In this document: piece after piece, positions 36,473-45,751 of the stretch
How the letters are laid out: every line of letters starts with the position of its first letter
Numbering within the stretch: position 1 is the first letter of the stretch
Origin: Verrucomicrobiota bacterium
Lineage (GTDB): Bacteria; Verrucomicrobiota; Verrucomicrobiia; Verrucomicrobiales; V1-33
Assembly (NCBI GenBank): GCA_040387795.1
Contig: JAZKDC010000011.1
Coordinates: 104,561-168,560, forward strand
Direction of reading: 5' to 3'
Length of the DNA stretch: 64,000 nucleotides
Position numbers and translations under genes: made by a program
Notes under the pieces: model-generated
Told to the model about the DNA's origin: nothing
The model's database searches: none
Seen by the model: the letters and a program-made list of their open reading frames with translations, nothing else

Positions 36473-37564
36473 ATGAACCCGCCTTTGATTTTTGATGTCC
36501 ATCTGGATCTGGCTCTGAATGCCATTGAATGGAACCGCGATCTGCGGCTGCCCCTGACAGAAGTGCGGCGGGTGGAGGCGCATTTGAATGACAAACCCGG
36601 CCGTGGGCGCGGCACCGTGACCCTGCCGGAAATGCGGCGGGCGAGGATCGGGCTCTGTGTCGCCACCCAGCTGGCCCGGCTGGAGCACGATGCCTACAGT
36701 CCGGTCTTTGGCTGGCGCTCGGCCCCGCAGGCATGGGCGATGACCCAGGGCCAGCTGGCGTGGTACCGGGCCATGGAGGAACTGGGGGAGATGGTGCAGA
36801 TCCGCGATGCCGCCGGCCTGGAAAAACATCTCGCGGCCTGGGAAGCGGCAGATGATGAAACCGCGGCCCGGCTGCCGGTCGGTTATGTGCTCAGTCTGGA
36901 AGGGGCGGACTCTCTGGTTAGGGTTGCGCATCTGGAGCGCGCCTGGGAGCAGGGTTTGCGCGCGATCGGACCGGCGCATTACGGGCCGGGGGTCTATGCC
37001 CAGGGGACTGATTCCATCGGTGGATTTCCGGCGAGGGGATTGGACCTGCTCCGGGAATGCGGCCGCTTGGGCATGATCCTCGATGTGACCCATTTGAGCG
37101 ATGATTGTTTTTGGCAGGCGCTGGAAGTGTTTGAGGGGCCGGTGTGGGCCAGTCATCACAACGCGCGGGCCCTCGTCCCGCATCAGCGCCAGCTTAGCGA
37201 TGAGATGTTCCGCGCCCTCGTGGAGCGCGATGCGGTGACTGGTCTGGCGCTGGATGCCTGGATGATGGTGCCCGGCTGGCAGCGCGGGCAGACCACGCCG
37301 TCATCAGCCGGCCTGCACCTGGAAAAGCTGGTGGAGCATCTGGATCATTACTGCCAGTTGGCCGGCAATGCCCGGCATGTTGGGCTGGGGACGGATCTGG
37401 ATGGTTGTTTTGGCACTGAGCAGACGCCGCAGGGGCTGGATTCCATTGCCGATCTGCAAAAGCTCCCGGCGCTGCTGGCGGCACGCGGGTATACCGAAGC
37501 GGATATCGCGGGGGTGATGTCTGGTAACTTCCTGCGCCGCCTCCGCACGGCGTGGGGCACGTAA
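36473..37564 (+). CDS. Membrane (renal-type) dipeptidase, peptidase family M19
   Basis: FDVHLDLA (HxD metal site), LEGADSL, GLRAIGPAHYG, DVTHLSD, SHHNARAL and GLGTDLDG blocks. The first ATG is at 36473; the ORF also opens at TTG 36446. Confidence 0.8.
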   Translation: MNPPLIFDVHLDLALNAIEWNRDLRLPLTEVRRVEAHLNDKPGRGRGTVTLPEMRRARIGLCVATQLARLEHDAYSPVFGWRSAPQAWAMTQGQLAWYRAMEELGEMVQIRDAAGLEKHLAAWEAADDETAARLPVGYVLSLEGADSLVRVAHLERAWEQGLRAIGPAHYGPGVYAQGTDSIGGFPARGLDLLRECGRLGMILDVTHLSDDCFWQALEVFEGPVWASHHNARALVPHQRQLSDEMFRALVERDAVTGLALDAWMMVPGWQRGQTTPSSAGLHLEKLVEHLDHYCQLAGNARHVGLGTDLDGCFGTEQTPQGLDSIADLQKLPALLAARGYTEADIAGVMSGNFLRRLRTAWGT

Positions 37565-37600
37565 ATCCGCCGGGCACCAAGCACTGCTTCCTTCTTATTT

Positions 37601-39781
37601 ATGAACCGGGCCAGCCTCCTCCTTCTCATCCTCGCTGCCGCAGGCGCGTCCGCTGAACCGGCCAAGGTCTGGCAGAATACCCGTTTGTCAGGATCGCCGG
37701 AAGCCCCGCCCCCGCTGCGGGCGGTCCGGGCTTATCCGAAGCTGGCGGTGCAACGGCCGGTGGCGCTCGAGTGGGAGCCGGGGACGGGGAATCTGCTGAT
37801 GCTGCAGAACTATGCGTGGAGTGAGGACCGGACGATCCTCAAACGGTTCGCTGCCGGGCCGGAGGTGGCCGCCGCAGAAACCCTCCTCGAATTGCCGGAG
37901 ATGGCCTACACCATCTGCTTCCATCCGCGTTATGCGGAAAATGGTTATCTGTATCTGGGCCGGAATGGTCCTGGTCCCGGACCCGGGAAATCCTCGCGCC
38001 TCGTGCGCTACACCGTTTCCCGGCAGGCGCCCTTCCAACTGGTGGAAGGATCGGCCACGGTGATCATCGAGTGGTCCTCGGATGGCCATAACGGAGCGGC
38101 CGCCGCTTTCGGCCGGGATGGCATGCTCTATGTCACCAGCGGCGATGGCACGGCCCAGTCCGATGCCGATCAGGCTGGTCAGGATACCGCTTCGATGCGG
38201 TCCAAGGTCCTGCGGATTGATGTGGATGGCGCGCCACCGGGGCAGTCTTACGTGGTGCCTCCTGACAATCCCTTTCTGGGCAATCCGCAGGTGCGGCCCG
38301 AGACCTGGGCCTACGGATTCCGCAATCCATGGCGGATCACCTCCGATCCGGAGAGCGGGCAGATCTGGGTCGGACAAAATGGTCAGGACCTCCGCGAATA
38401 CGCCAACCTCCTGGAGCGCGGGGCCAACTATGGCTGGAGCGAATACGAAGGCAGCCGGGAGTTCATCCCCGGGCGGCTGAAGGGACCGGCTCCCTTCACG
38501 CCGCCCACCATCGAACATGATCACGCCGCCTTCCGTTCGCTCACCGGCGGTTTTGTCTACCGGGGGAAGCGTTTCCCCGAATTGACCGGCGCCTATCTCT
38601 ACGGTGACTACGGCACCGGGCGGGTCTGGGCGGCGAAACATGATGGGAAGCAATTGTTGTGGAACCGGGAGATCGCCGACACCCCGGCAGCCATCGCCGG
38701 TTTCGGGACCAATTCGGAAGGTGATATTCTGATCGCGGACCATCTCGGGAATACCATCCTCAAGCTTGAGCCAGCTCCCGCCGCCGACCCGGGAGCGAAG
38801 CCTTTTCCCAACCTGTTGAGCGATACCGGGCTCTTTGCCGATGTGGCGGCGTTGCAACCCATGGAAGGGATTCATCCTTACGAAATCAATGCGCCGGCCT
38901 GGCATGATGGCGCCATGGGAGACCGGCTTTTGGCGTTGCCGGACACCGCCTGCGCCGAATTTTTCCCGGCCCATGAAACCGGGGCAGCCTGGAAATCGTG
39001 GAATCTTCCTGACGGAACGGTGGTGGTGCAGACTCTCACTTTGCCGGAAGAGGGAGCCCGTCCGGCCCGGCGCATGGAGACGCGCCTGCTGGTCAAGGAA
39101 CACAGCGACTGGGCGGCTTACAGTTATCTCTGGAATGAGGCCCAGACGGATGCCACCCTCGTGCCGAAGGAAGGCACCCGGGTGGCGGTGGGAGGGAGGG
39201 AATGGCTCGTGCCAAGCCGGGGCGATTGCGTGGCCTGTCATGGCCGGGGGGCCAACTATGTGTTGAGTTTGACCAATGCCCAGCTGAACCGGGAGGTCAG
39301 GAGGGAAGGGGGGCTGCAGCATCAACTCGAATCCTTTGCGCAGGCCGGATGGGTGCAGACCAAAACCGGCGAAGGTCAATTTTCCCCGGGCCTGCCCAAG
39401 CCGGTGCCGGAACAGCCGCGGCTGGTGGATCCCGCTGACCCCACGGCTGCACTGGCCGACCGAGCCAAGGCCTGGCTGGCCACCAACTGCTCCCATTGCC
39501 ATCTGCCGGAAGGCGGCGGCAACAGTGCCATGAACCTGGCGCCCTGGGCGTCCGGGGCCGATCAGCATTTGTTGAATGCCACGCCCCAGCACGGGGATCT
39601 GGGCCTTTCCGATGCCCGTCTGATCACGCCCGGGGACGTCGGCCGCTCCGTGTTGCCTGTCCGTGTGATGAGCCGGGGTCCCGGCCAGATGCCGCCCATC
39701 GGCACTCTGCAGATCGACCCGGCCGGGCTGCAGTTGCTGATCGCCTGGCTGCAAAACCTGCCTCCGGCGCCGGGGCGGTGA
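37601..39781 (+). CDS. PQQ-dependent sugar (glucose/sorbosone) dehydrogenase-like beta-propeller fused to a C-terminal domain with two CxxCH motifs
   Basis: Signal peptide. GSDH blocks (LYVTSGDG, KVLRIDVDG..PPDNPF, WAYGFRNPWR, GQNGQD..E.NL...GANYGW, YGDYG.GRVW), then CVACHG and CSHCHLPEGGG. Confidence 0.8.
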   Translation: MNRASLLLLILAAAGASAEPAKVWQNTRLSGSPEAPPPLRAVRAYPKLAVQRPVALEWEPGTGNLLMLQNYAWSEDRTILKRFAAGPEVAAAETLLELPEMAYTICFHPRYAENGYLYLGRNGPGPGPGKSSRLVRYTVSRQAPFQLVEGSATVIIEWSSDGHNGAAAAFGRDGMLYVTSGDGTAQSDADQAGQDTASMRSKVLRIDVDGAPPGQSYVVPPDNPFLGNPQVRPETWAYGFRNPWRITSDPESGQIWVGQNGQDLREYANLLERGANYGWSEYEGSREFIPGRLKGPAPFTPPTIEHDHAAFRSLTGGFVYRGKRFPELTGAYLYGDYGTGRVWAAKHDGKQLLWNREIADTPAAIAGFGTNSEGDILIADHLGNTILKLEPAPAADPGAKPFPNLLSDTGLFADVAALQPMEGIHPYEINAPAWHDGAMGDRLLALPDTACAEFFPAHETGAAWKSWNLPDGTVVVQTLTLPEEGARPARRMETRLLVKEHSDWAAYSYLWNEAQTDATLVPKEGTRVAVGGREWLVPSRGDCVACHGRGANYVLSLTNAQLNREVRREGGLQHQLESFAQAGWVQTKTGEGQFSPGLPKPVPEQPRLVDPADPTAALADRAKAWLATNCSHCHLPEGGGNSAMNLAPWASGADQHLLNATPQHGDLGLSDARLITPGDVGRSVLPVRVMSRGPGQMPPIGTLQIDPAGLQLLIAWLQNLPPAPGR

Positions 39782-39782
39782 G

Positions 39783-39799
39783 TCCGGGGTGGCCCCGGA
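39783..39799. terminator. GC hairpin between convergent genes (possible bidirectional terminator)
   Basis: TCCGGGG-tgg-CCCCGGA immediately after the stop at 39781 and 33 nt from the convergent stop at 39832. No clear U-tract. Confidence 0.3.
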
Positions 39800-39831
39800 A
39801 ATCCGCCGGAGGATGGCAGTGAAACAATCAG

Positions 39832-40725
39832 CTAGGGGCGCAGAAATCCGGCCAGTCCAGCGAGATCATCGGTGCCAATCAGATCCACTCCAGCGGCCTG
39901 CAATTCGCGCCACACTCCGGGTCGGTCGGGGGTGTTCCAGAAGCGGAGCTGCCGGCCTTGGGCATGGACGCGGGCGGTGAGTTGAGCGAGGCTGGTACGG
40001 ACCTCCGCGGGCATTTCGCCGGTCCAACGCCAATTGAATTCAGTGGCCCAGTTCACACTGATCCAGGGCACGAGGTCAGGGGAAACGTTTTTCTCCAGAT
40101 CCTCCGTCCTTCCGTCAATCGCCGCATACCGCACCAATTGGGCGGCGGGTTCGGCGCGGGCGCGGTTGCCGGAAATGATAACGCTGACGGCACCGGGTCC
40201 GGATTTGCCATTCCGGTGGATGGTCAGGATGTCCGCATAACCCTGGAGCACGCGGTCGAGGGCGGCATAGGTCGTCACGGCTTCGGATTTCACATCAACC
40301 AACAGGGTCAGGACCGGTCCCCCTGGATAGACCCGGCCACCATGGGCCTGCACCTGCCGGCGCAGGGGATCAAGATACAGCGCCTCCAAGGTGCGTGCCG
40401 TTTGGGTGTCCTTCAGGTCATGGGCCACGAGGAGTTGGCCTTCGACCAGATAAATGTCAGCTTCGATGGAGCAGAAGCCGTGCTGCAGGGCATCGAGCAG
40501 GGGCCGGGGGTGGGCGTAGTCGTTATGGGCATGGGCCTGCGGCAGTGGCACCGGTTCTGCCGCACCGCACAGGCAGCTCAAAGCAAACAGGAGGGCGCAG
40601 CAACGGACGATTATCAGGACGGGTCGTGGAAATAGAGGAGTCAAGGCTTGGAAAATAGGGGGCCTATCATGCGATGACAAGAAAATCCGGCACGATGTGA
40701 GATTGCAAAGCGGGTGGGAATGCAT
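39832..40725 (-). CDS. PI-PLC / glycerophosphodiester phosphodiesterase-like (AIM6-type) family protein
   Basis: AHAHNDYAHPRPLLDALQHGFCSIEADIYLVEGQLLVAHD is the hallmark N-terminal block of this family. A signal/TM segment precedes it. The start codon is uncertain. Confidence 0.7.
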   Translation of the reverse strand: MHSHPLCNLTSCRIFLSSHDRPPIFQALTPLFPRPVLIIVRCCALLFALSCLCGAAEPVPLPQAHAHNDYAHPRPLLDALQHGFCSIEADIYLVEGQLLVAHDLKDTQTARTLEALYLDPLRRQVQAHGGRVYPGGPVLTLLVDVKSEAVTTYAALDRVLQGYADILTIHRNGKSGPGAVSVIISGNRARAEPAAQLVRYAAIDGRTEDLEKNVSPDLVPWISVNWATEFNWRWTGEMPAEVRTSLAQLTARVHAQGRQLRFWNTPDRPGVWRELQAAGVDLIGTDDLAGLAGFLRP

Positions 40726-40736
40726 GAGACAATCCT

Positions 40737-41831
40737 ATGAAGCTGCTACTTATCCCGATTCTTCATGGCATCACCACACTGGCCCTGGGCGAGGAGGCCG
40801 GCCCGCTGAAAATCTGGAGGGAGAAGGTCCTGCCAATTGTGCCGCAGCAATACCTCTGCCATTACACCGCAACTCCCTTGGTGGTGGATGGGAAAATGGA
40901 CGAGGCGGCATGGACGGCGGCGCCGTGGACGGCCGATTTCCAGGATATTGAGGGCGACGCCAAACCGAAGCCCACCTTCCGCACCCGCGCGAAGATGCTG
41001 TGGGATGAACAGTTTTTCTACATCGCCGCGCAAATGGAGGAACCTCATGTGTGGGGAACCCTGACGAAACACGACGAGGTGATTTTTGCCGACCCGGACT
41101 TTGAGGTGTTCCTCGATCCTGATGGCGACACCCACGAGTATTACGAGTTTGAGATGAATGCTCTGAATACCGGGTGGGATCTCTTTTTGCCCAAACCCTA
41201 CAAGGATGGCGGCAAGGCGCAGAATGAATGGGAGATTCCAGGTTTGAAGACTGCCGTCCAAGTGCGCGGCACGTTGAACAACCCCTCCGACAAGGATGAA
41301 GGGTGGGATGTGGAGCTCGCCATTCCGTGGAAGGTGCTGGCCGAATTCGCCCACCGTCCAGCCCCGCCTTTGGAAGGGGATCAATGGCGGGCAGGCTTCT
41401 CGCGGGTGGAGTGGCAGATTGAAATCAAGGACGGCAAATATGTGAAGATCCCCAAAACCCCGGAGAACAACTGGGTGTGGTCGCCCCAGGGAGTGATCGA
41501 CATGCACCGGCCGGAGACCTGGGGGTATGTGCAGTTCACCAAATTGGCCCCGGGGGCGGTGGAGTTCAAAGCGGACCCTTCCGCCAAAGTGCGTTATGAA
41601 TTGATGGAGGTGTATTATGCCCAGGTGGAATATTTCAAAAAGCACTCCCGCTGGTCGCTCGATTTCAAGGAGCTGGGCGTAACCCCTGCCACCACCGAGG
41701 GAACGGGCGGTTGGACCCTGCGGGCCACTCCGGAAGGTTATGAATGCTCGGTGGCGTGGACATCCCCGGCCGGCGGCACGGCGCAGCGCTGGTCCATCCA
41801 GCAGGACTCCCACCTCCAGCAGATTAAATAA
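40737..41831 (+). CDS. Carbohydrate-binding family 9 (CBM9/DOMON)-like secreted protein
   Basis: PLVVDGKMDEAAW..A.W...F.DIEG, AKMLWDEQFFYIAA.MEEPHVW, DFEVFLDPDGD..EYYEFE.NALNT.WDL and GWDVELAIPW. Confidence 0.7.
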   Translation: MKLLLIPILHGITTLALGEEAGPLKIWREKVLPIVPQQYLCHYTATPLVVDGKMDEAAWTAAPWTADFQDIEGDAKPKPTFRTRAKMLWDEQFFYIAAQMEEPHVWGTLTKHDEVIFADPDFEVFLDPDGDTHEYYEFEMNALNTGWDLFLPKPYKDGGKAQNEWEIPGLKTAVQVRGTLNNPSDKDEGWDVELAIPWKVLAEFAHRPAPPLEGDQWRAGFSRVEWQIEIKDGKYVKIPKTPENNWVWSPQGVIDMHRPETWGYVQFTKLAPGAVEFKADPSAKVRYELMEVYYAQVEYFKKHSRWSLDFKELGVTPATTEGTGGWTLRATPEGYECSVAWTSPAGGTAQRWSIQQDSHLQQIK

Positions 41832-41834
41832 GTC

Positions 41835-44210
41835 ATGATCAAGTCCCTTTTCTTTTTCCTGGCCATGGCCCTGCTGCCGGTCCGGGCGGCCGGTCCGTGG
41901 TGGCCGGAGCCGGTGGCGGCGGCCCTGTCGAACTCTGCCGGGAATCTGGCGGAACTGACCCGGGCCCTGACGGAAGTGCCCGAAGCGCAGCGGGTGGGCA
42001 TGGGCTTCCTCATCGAGAATATGCCGGTGGTGGACCTGCAGTCACTCAAGGCGGACTTCCTGCTTGGTCATGTGGCCCGGACTTACGAGACGATGGCCGG
42101 AGTGCCGTGGAGCCAGCAGGTGCCGCCTGACATTTTTCTGAATGACATCCTGCCTTATGCCAGTCTCAATGAAGCCCGGGACGGTGGACGCCAGCGGATG
42201 CGGGAGATCGCGGCCCCTTTGGTGAAGGAATGTAAAACGCCGGGCGAAGCGGCCATGGTGCTCAATCAAAAATTGTTTGGCACCATCAATGTAAAATATT
42301 CCACCACGCGGCGGAAACCGGATCAGAGCGCCCTCGAAAGCATGCAAAGCGGCGTGGCCACCTGCAGCGGGCTTTCCATCCTGCTGGTTGACGCCTGCCG
42401 TGCGGTGGGTGTGCCGGCCCGGGTGGTGGGCACGCCGATGTGGACCAACCTGCGCGGAAACCACACCTGGGTGGAAGTCTGGGATGGCGACTGGAAATTT
42501 GCCGGCGCCGCCGAACCGGACGCCAAGGGACTCAATCACGGTTGGTTTGCCGGCGATGCGGCCACCGCCGTGGCCGACGTGCCGCGTCATGCGATTTATG
42601 CCAGCAGTTTCAAGAAAACGGGACTTTCCTTTCCTCTGGTGTGGGACCGCGGCCTGGACTGGGTAGGGGCGGTCAATGTCACGGCGCGTTATGCCCGGAA
42701 TGCCGCTCCTCTGCCGGCGGGAAAAGTGCGTCTCCTCGTGAAGGTGCTGGACCGGCCGGCGGGCCAGCGCGTCGCGGCGAAGGTCACCCTGGAGGAGGCC
42801 GGGGGCGGGGCCGTGAAGCTGGAAGGCGTCAGCCGGGATGAACAGGCCGACCTCAATAACATCCTGCCCTTCACCCTCGATCCAGGCCGGGAGTATCTCC
42901 TCCGGGTGGAGCTTGAGGGTAAAACAGTGGAGCAAAAAGTCCTGACAGAAAAAGCGGCCGAACAAACCGTGACCATTCCCCTCGCCTCCGCTTCCCCTGA
43001 TCCCTCCCCGCCGGACCCTGCCGCCACCTCCGCCCAGGCGGTGGTGGAGTTCAAAGCCTGGGTCGCCCCCGCCCGCGATCTGCGCCCTGATCTGCAAGGC
43101 ACCGGATTTGCCGGAAAGGCCCTCTCGAAGGGGGATGCCGTCCTCGTGCAGGCCGGATTGTGGGAGGATCACCAGGCTTTGATCCGGGAAACTCGCACCA
43201 CGGAGATGGCCGCCAAAACCATCGAGCTGAAAGGAAAGGTCATGAAGTTCGAAACGGTGGATTTTCCGGCCAAAACGGTGACCGCTCCGCGTGGCCGGAG
43301 TCTGTTCATTTCCATGCACGGCGGCGGCGGGGCGCCACCGCAGGTCAACGAATCCCAGTGGCGGAATCAGATCAAGCTGGGGAAGGGGTATGCTCCGGAA
43401 GAAGGAATCTACCTCGCTCCCCGCGCCCCCACGGATACGTGGAACCTGTGGCACGAAGCGCACATCGATGCCTTTTTCGACCGGATCATCGAGAACCTTG
43501 TGGTGCTGGAAAAGGTGAATCCCGACCGGGTGTATCTGCTCGGTTATTCCGCGGGAGGGGATGGCGTCTATCAATTGGCGCCGCGCATGGCCGACCGCTG
43601 GGCGGCGGTTTCCATGATGGCCGGACACCCCAATGAAACCTCGCCCGTGGGTCTGCGGAATGTGCCCTTTGCCCTCCAGGTGGGCGGCAATGACGCCGCC
43701 TACCGGCGCAATGAAATTGCCGCCGAATGGGGCGGGAAGCTGGATGCCCTTCAGCAGGCCGACCCGTCAGGATACCCTCACTTCACCGAAGTGCATGCCG
43801 GCAAGGGACACTGGATGGAGATGGCCGACCGGAAGGCGATTCCCTGGATGGAGAAATTCACCCGGCAGCCGTTTCCGGAAAAGATTGTGTGGCTGCAGGA
43901 CGATGTCACCCACGACCGTCTCTATTGGCTGGAGGTTCCCCGGGGACAGGCCGCGGCCGGTCAGGAAATCACGGCGGTGCGCTCCGGCCAGACCATCAGC
44001 CTGACCGCCTCCGCCGGGGTCCGCCGCGTCACCGTGTTGTTGAACGATGCCATGCTTGATCTGGACCAGACGGTCATCATCAAGGCTGGAGGAACGGAAG
44101 TGTTTTCCGGCCGCCTCCCCCGCACCGCCGCGACCCTTGAACGCACCCTGTCAGACCGGGGCGACCCCCGCTCTGTCTTCAGCGCGTCGGTCACGGTGAG
44201 CTTGCCTTGA
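41835..44210 (+). CDS. Transglutaminase-like cysteine protease domain fused to an alpha/beta-hydrolase (esterase) domain
   Basis: GVATCSGLSILLVDACRAVGVPARVV..GNHTWVEVWDGDW (Cys-His core). C-terminal SMHGGGG, LLGYSAGGDGV (GxSxG) and HAGKGH. Starts 3 nt after the CBM9-like stop. Confidence 0.75.
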   Translation: MIKSLFFFLAMALLPVRAAGPWWPEPVAAALSNSAGNLAELTRALTEVPEAQRVGMGFLIENMPVVDLQSLKADFLLGHVARTYETMAGVPWSQQVPPDIFLNDILPYASLNEARDGGRQRMREIAAPLVKECKTPGEAAMVLNQKLFGTINVKYSTTRRKPDQSALESMQSGVATCSGLSILLVDACRAVGVPARVVGTPMWTNLRGNHTWVEVWDGDWKFAGAAEPDAKGLNHGWFAGDAATAVADVPRHAIYASSFKKTGLSFPLVWDRGLDWVGAVNVTARYARNAAPLPAGKVRLLVKVLDRPAGQRVAAKVTLEEAGGGAVKLEGVSRDEQADLNNILPFTLDPGREYLLRVELEGKTVEQKVLTEKAAEQTVTIPLASASPDPSPPDPAATSAQAVVEFKAWVAPARDLRPDLQGTGFAGKALSKGDAVLVQAGLWEDHQALIRETRTTEMAAKTIELKGKVMKFETVDFPAKTVTAPRGRSLFISMHGGGGAPPQVNESQWRNQIKLGKGYAPEEGIYLAPRAPTDTWNLWHEAHIDAFFDRIIENLVVLEKVNPDRVYLLGYSAGGDGVYQLAPRMADRWAAVSMMAGHPNETSPVGLRNVPFALQVGGNDAAYRRNEIAAEWGGKLDALQQADPSGYPHFTEVHAGKGHWMEMADRKAIPWMEKFTRQPFPEKIVWLQDDVTHDRLYWLEVPRGQAAAGQEITAVRSGQTISLTASAGVRRVTVLLNDAMLDLDQTVIIKAGGTEVFSGRLPRTAATLERTLSDRGDPRSVFSASVTVSLP

Positions 44211-44249
44211 GTTCTGCTGCGGCAGAGCACCGGCTGGTCCATTTAAAAT

Positions 44250-45581
44250 CTACTTCGCCGGGGGAGCCGTGGGTTTCGGCTGGGCGGCCTCCACTTCCGC
44301 CTGGGTGGCTAGTTTCAGCTCCTGCAGCAGGACAAAAACGCCCTTTTTGTTGCCCACCACGACATCCGGCAGCTGGTCGCCATTGATGTCCCCGGTCACC
44401 ACCTGGGTGCCGACTCCAGAGTTGTTATCAATGCGGTGGGGGATGAAGTCCACCTCCGCCCCCCGCTTCAGTTCAAACCAATACAGCACCGCCTCATCGT
44501 TCCGGTCCGGATCGCCCATCCGGCCATGGGACCAGAAGCGTTTTCCGGTGACGATGTCCTTGAGTCCGTCACCGTTCATGTCCACCAGATCAATGGCATG
44601 GAGTTCCGAAAACTTGACACCATAGCGGCTTTCCTCGGGCTTCTGACCGATGATGAGATGAGATTTGAAACTGCCATCCGCGGCCTGCTCATACCATGCG
44701 AGGCCAAAACCATGCGCGGCCAGACTGGTGATGACATCATTCCGTCCATCGCCATTGACGTCATAGGCATACATCTGGGCGCCGCCGGCCTTGGCAAAGG
44801 CCACTTCATGGTGCTGCCACTCCGGATCCCCTGCCAGGGAGGCGGGTTGCTCATACCACCCGTCCTTTTCCAGAAGGTCGGCGCGGCCATCGCCGTTCAC
44901 ATCGCCTACCCCCATGCCGTGCGTGAAATTCCCGTATTTTTTGTCCGGGGAAATGCGGTGCCAATCCCACGGCGCCGTCGGATTGCCCGGGTTGGGTGTG
45001 GCATAACCGTAGGCTCCCGCGGTGATGCAAACCAGTTCCGGTTTCCCGTCCCCGGTCAGGTCAGTGTAAGTGGGCGATTCGTTGTCGGTCTGCGGGAAGA
45101 TGGGGTGTTTTGTCCAGTGGCGTTCTGTGGTTTTCGGGTTTTCGAACCACGAGGTGAATTGACCTGGAAAACCCACCACGAGGAGGTCCATCCACCCATC
45201 CCCGTTGAAGTCCTGAGGGAAGGCGAAAAAATTGTCAGAATAAGTGTTTTTCCTGCCCAGTCCCCCCTCGAAGCCAGGCACGGTCACATGGGTCTGCTCG
45301 CCCAGCGCGAGCTGGAAGGTGGCGGCCGGGGCGTAGATCTCATGGCGTTTCGCAAAGTCCGGCCCTTCCCACCACCACGGCCCGGCCACAATGTCATTTT
45401 TCCCGTCCTTGTTGAAATCTGCAAAGGCCGCGCCCTCACACCAGAATTGGTCGGAAAGCACAATCCGTTTGAAGTTGCGCAGCACCGGAGACGAGGCCTC
45501 AGGAGCGGCGATGGCCAGAAAGGCGGCCCCGCCGAGAGCGGTGAGGGCGAGCAGAGGGGTGGTGGCAGGTGGAAGTTTCAT
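44250..45581 (-). CDS. FG-GAP/VCBS repeat protein, secreted
   Basis: Signal peptide from ATG 45581. Repeated FNKDGKNDIV, FNGDGWMDLLV, LTGDGKPELV, VNGDGRADLL, VNGDGRNDVI, MNGDGLKDIV and INGDQLPDVV motifs. Confidence 0.75.
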   Translation of the reverse strand: MKLPPATTPLLALTALGGAAFLAIAAPEASSPVLRNFKRIVLSDQFWCEGAAFADFNKDGKNDIVAGPWWWEGPDFAKRHEIYAPAATFQLALGEQTHVTVPGFEGGLGRKNTYSDNFFAFPQDFNGDGWMDLLVVGFPGQFTSWFENPKTTERHWTKHPIFPQTDNESPTYTDLTGDGKPELVCITAGAYGYATPNPGNPTAPWDWHRISPDKKYGNFTHGMGVGDVNGDGRADLLEKDGWYEQPASLAGDPEWQHHEVAFAKAGGAQMYAYDVNGDGRNDVITSLAAHGFGLAWYEQAADGSFKSHLIIGQKPEESRYGVKFSELHAIDLVDMNGDGLKDIVTGKRFWSHGRMGDPDRNDEAVLYWFELKRGAEVDFIPHRIDNNSGVGTQVVTGDINGDQLPDVVVGNKKGVFVLLQELKLATQAEVEAAQPKPTAPPAK

Positions 45582-45751
45582 GGGTGTTATGTTCAGAAGG
45601 ATGCCGCTGCCGCCCGGCAATCCGGTCCTGCAGGAGACCCCTTCACGGGATGCTGCTGCTGGCAAAGCATGGAAAGAATACCACCGGAGGGCAGGGAATG
45701 TTTCCGGAAAAGAGGATCTCCGCCTGCCATGGCCATCCTTCCGCAACGCGG

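Noticed and set aside
37688-39754. 688-aa minus-strand ORF
   Set aside because: It is antisense to the GSDH-dihaem gene. It has no motifs and an Arg/Gly/Pro-rich composition.
42042-43628. 528-aa minus-strand ORF
   Set aside because: It is antisense to the transglutaminase-esterase gene and has no recognisable domains.
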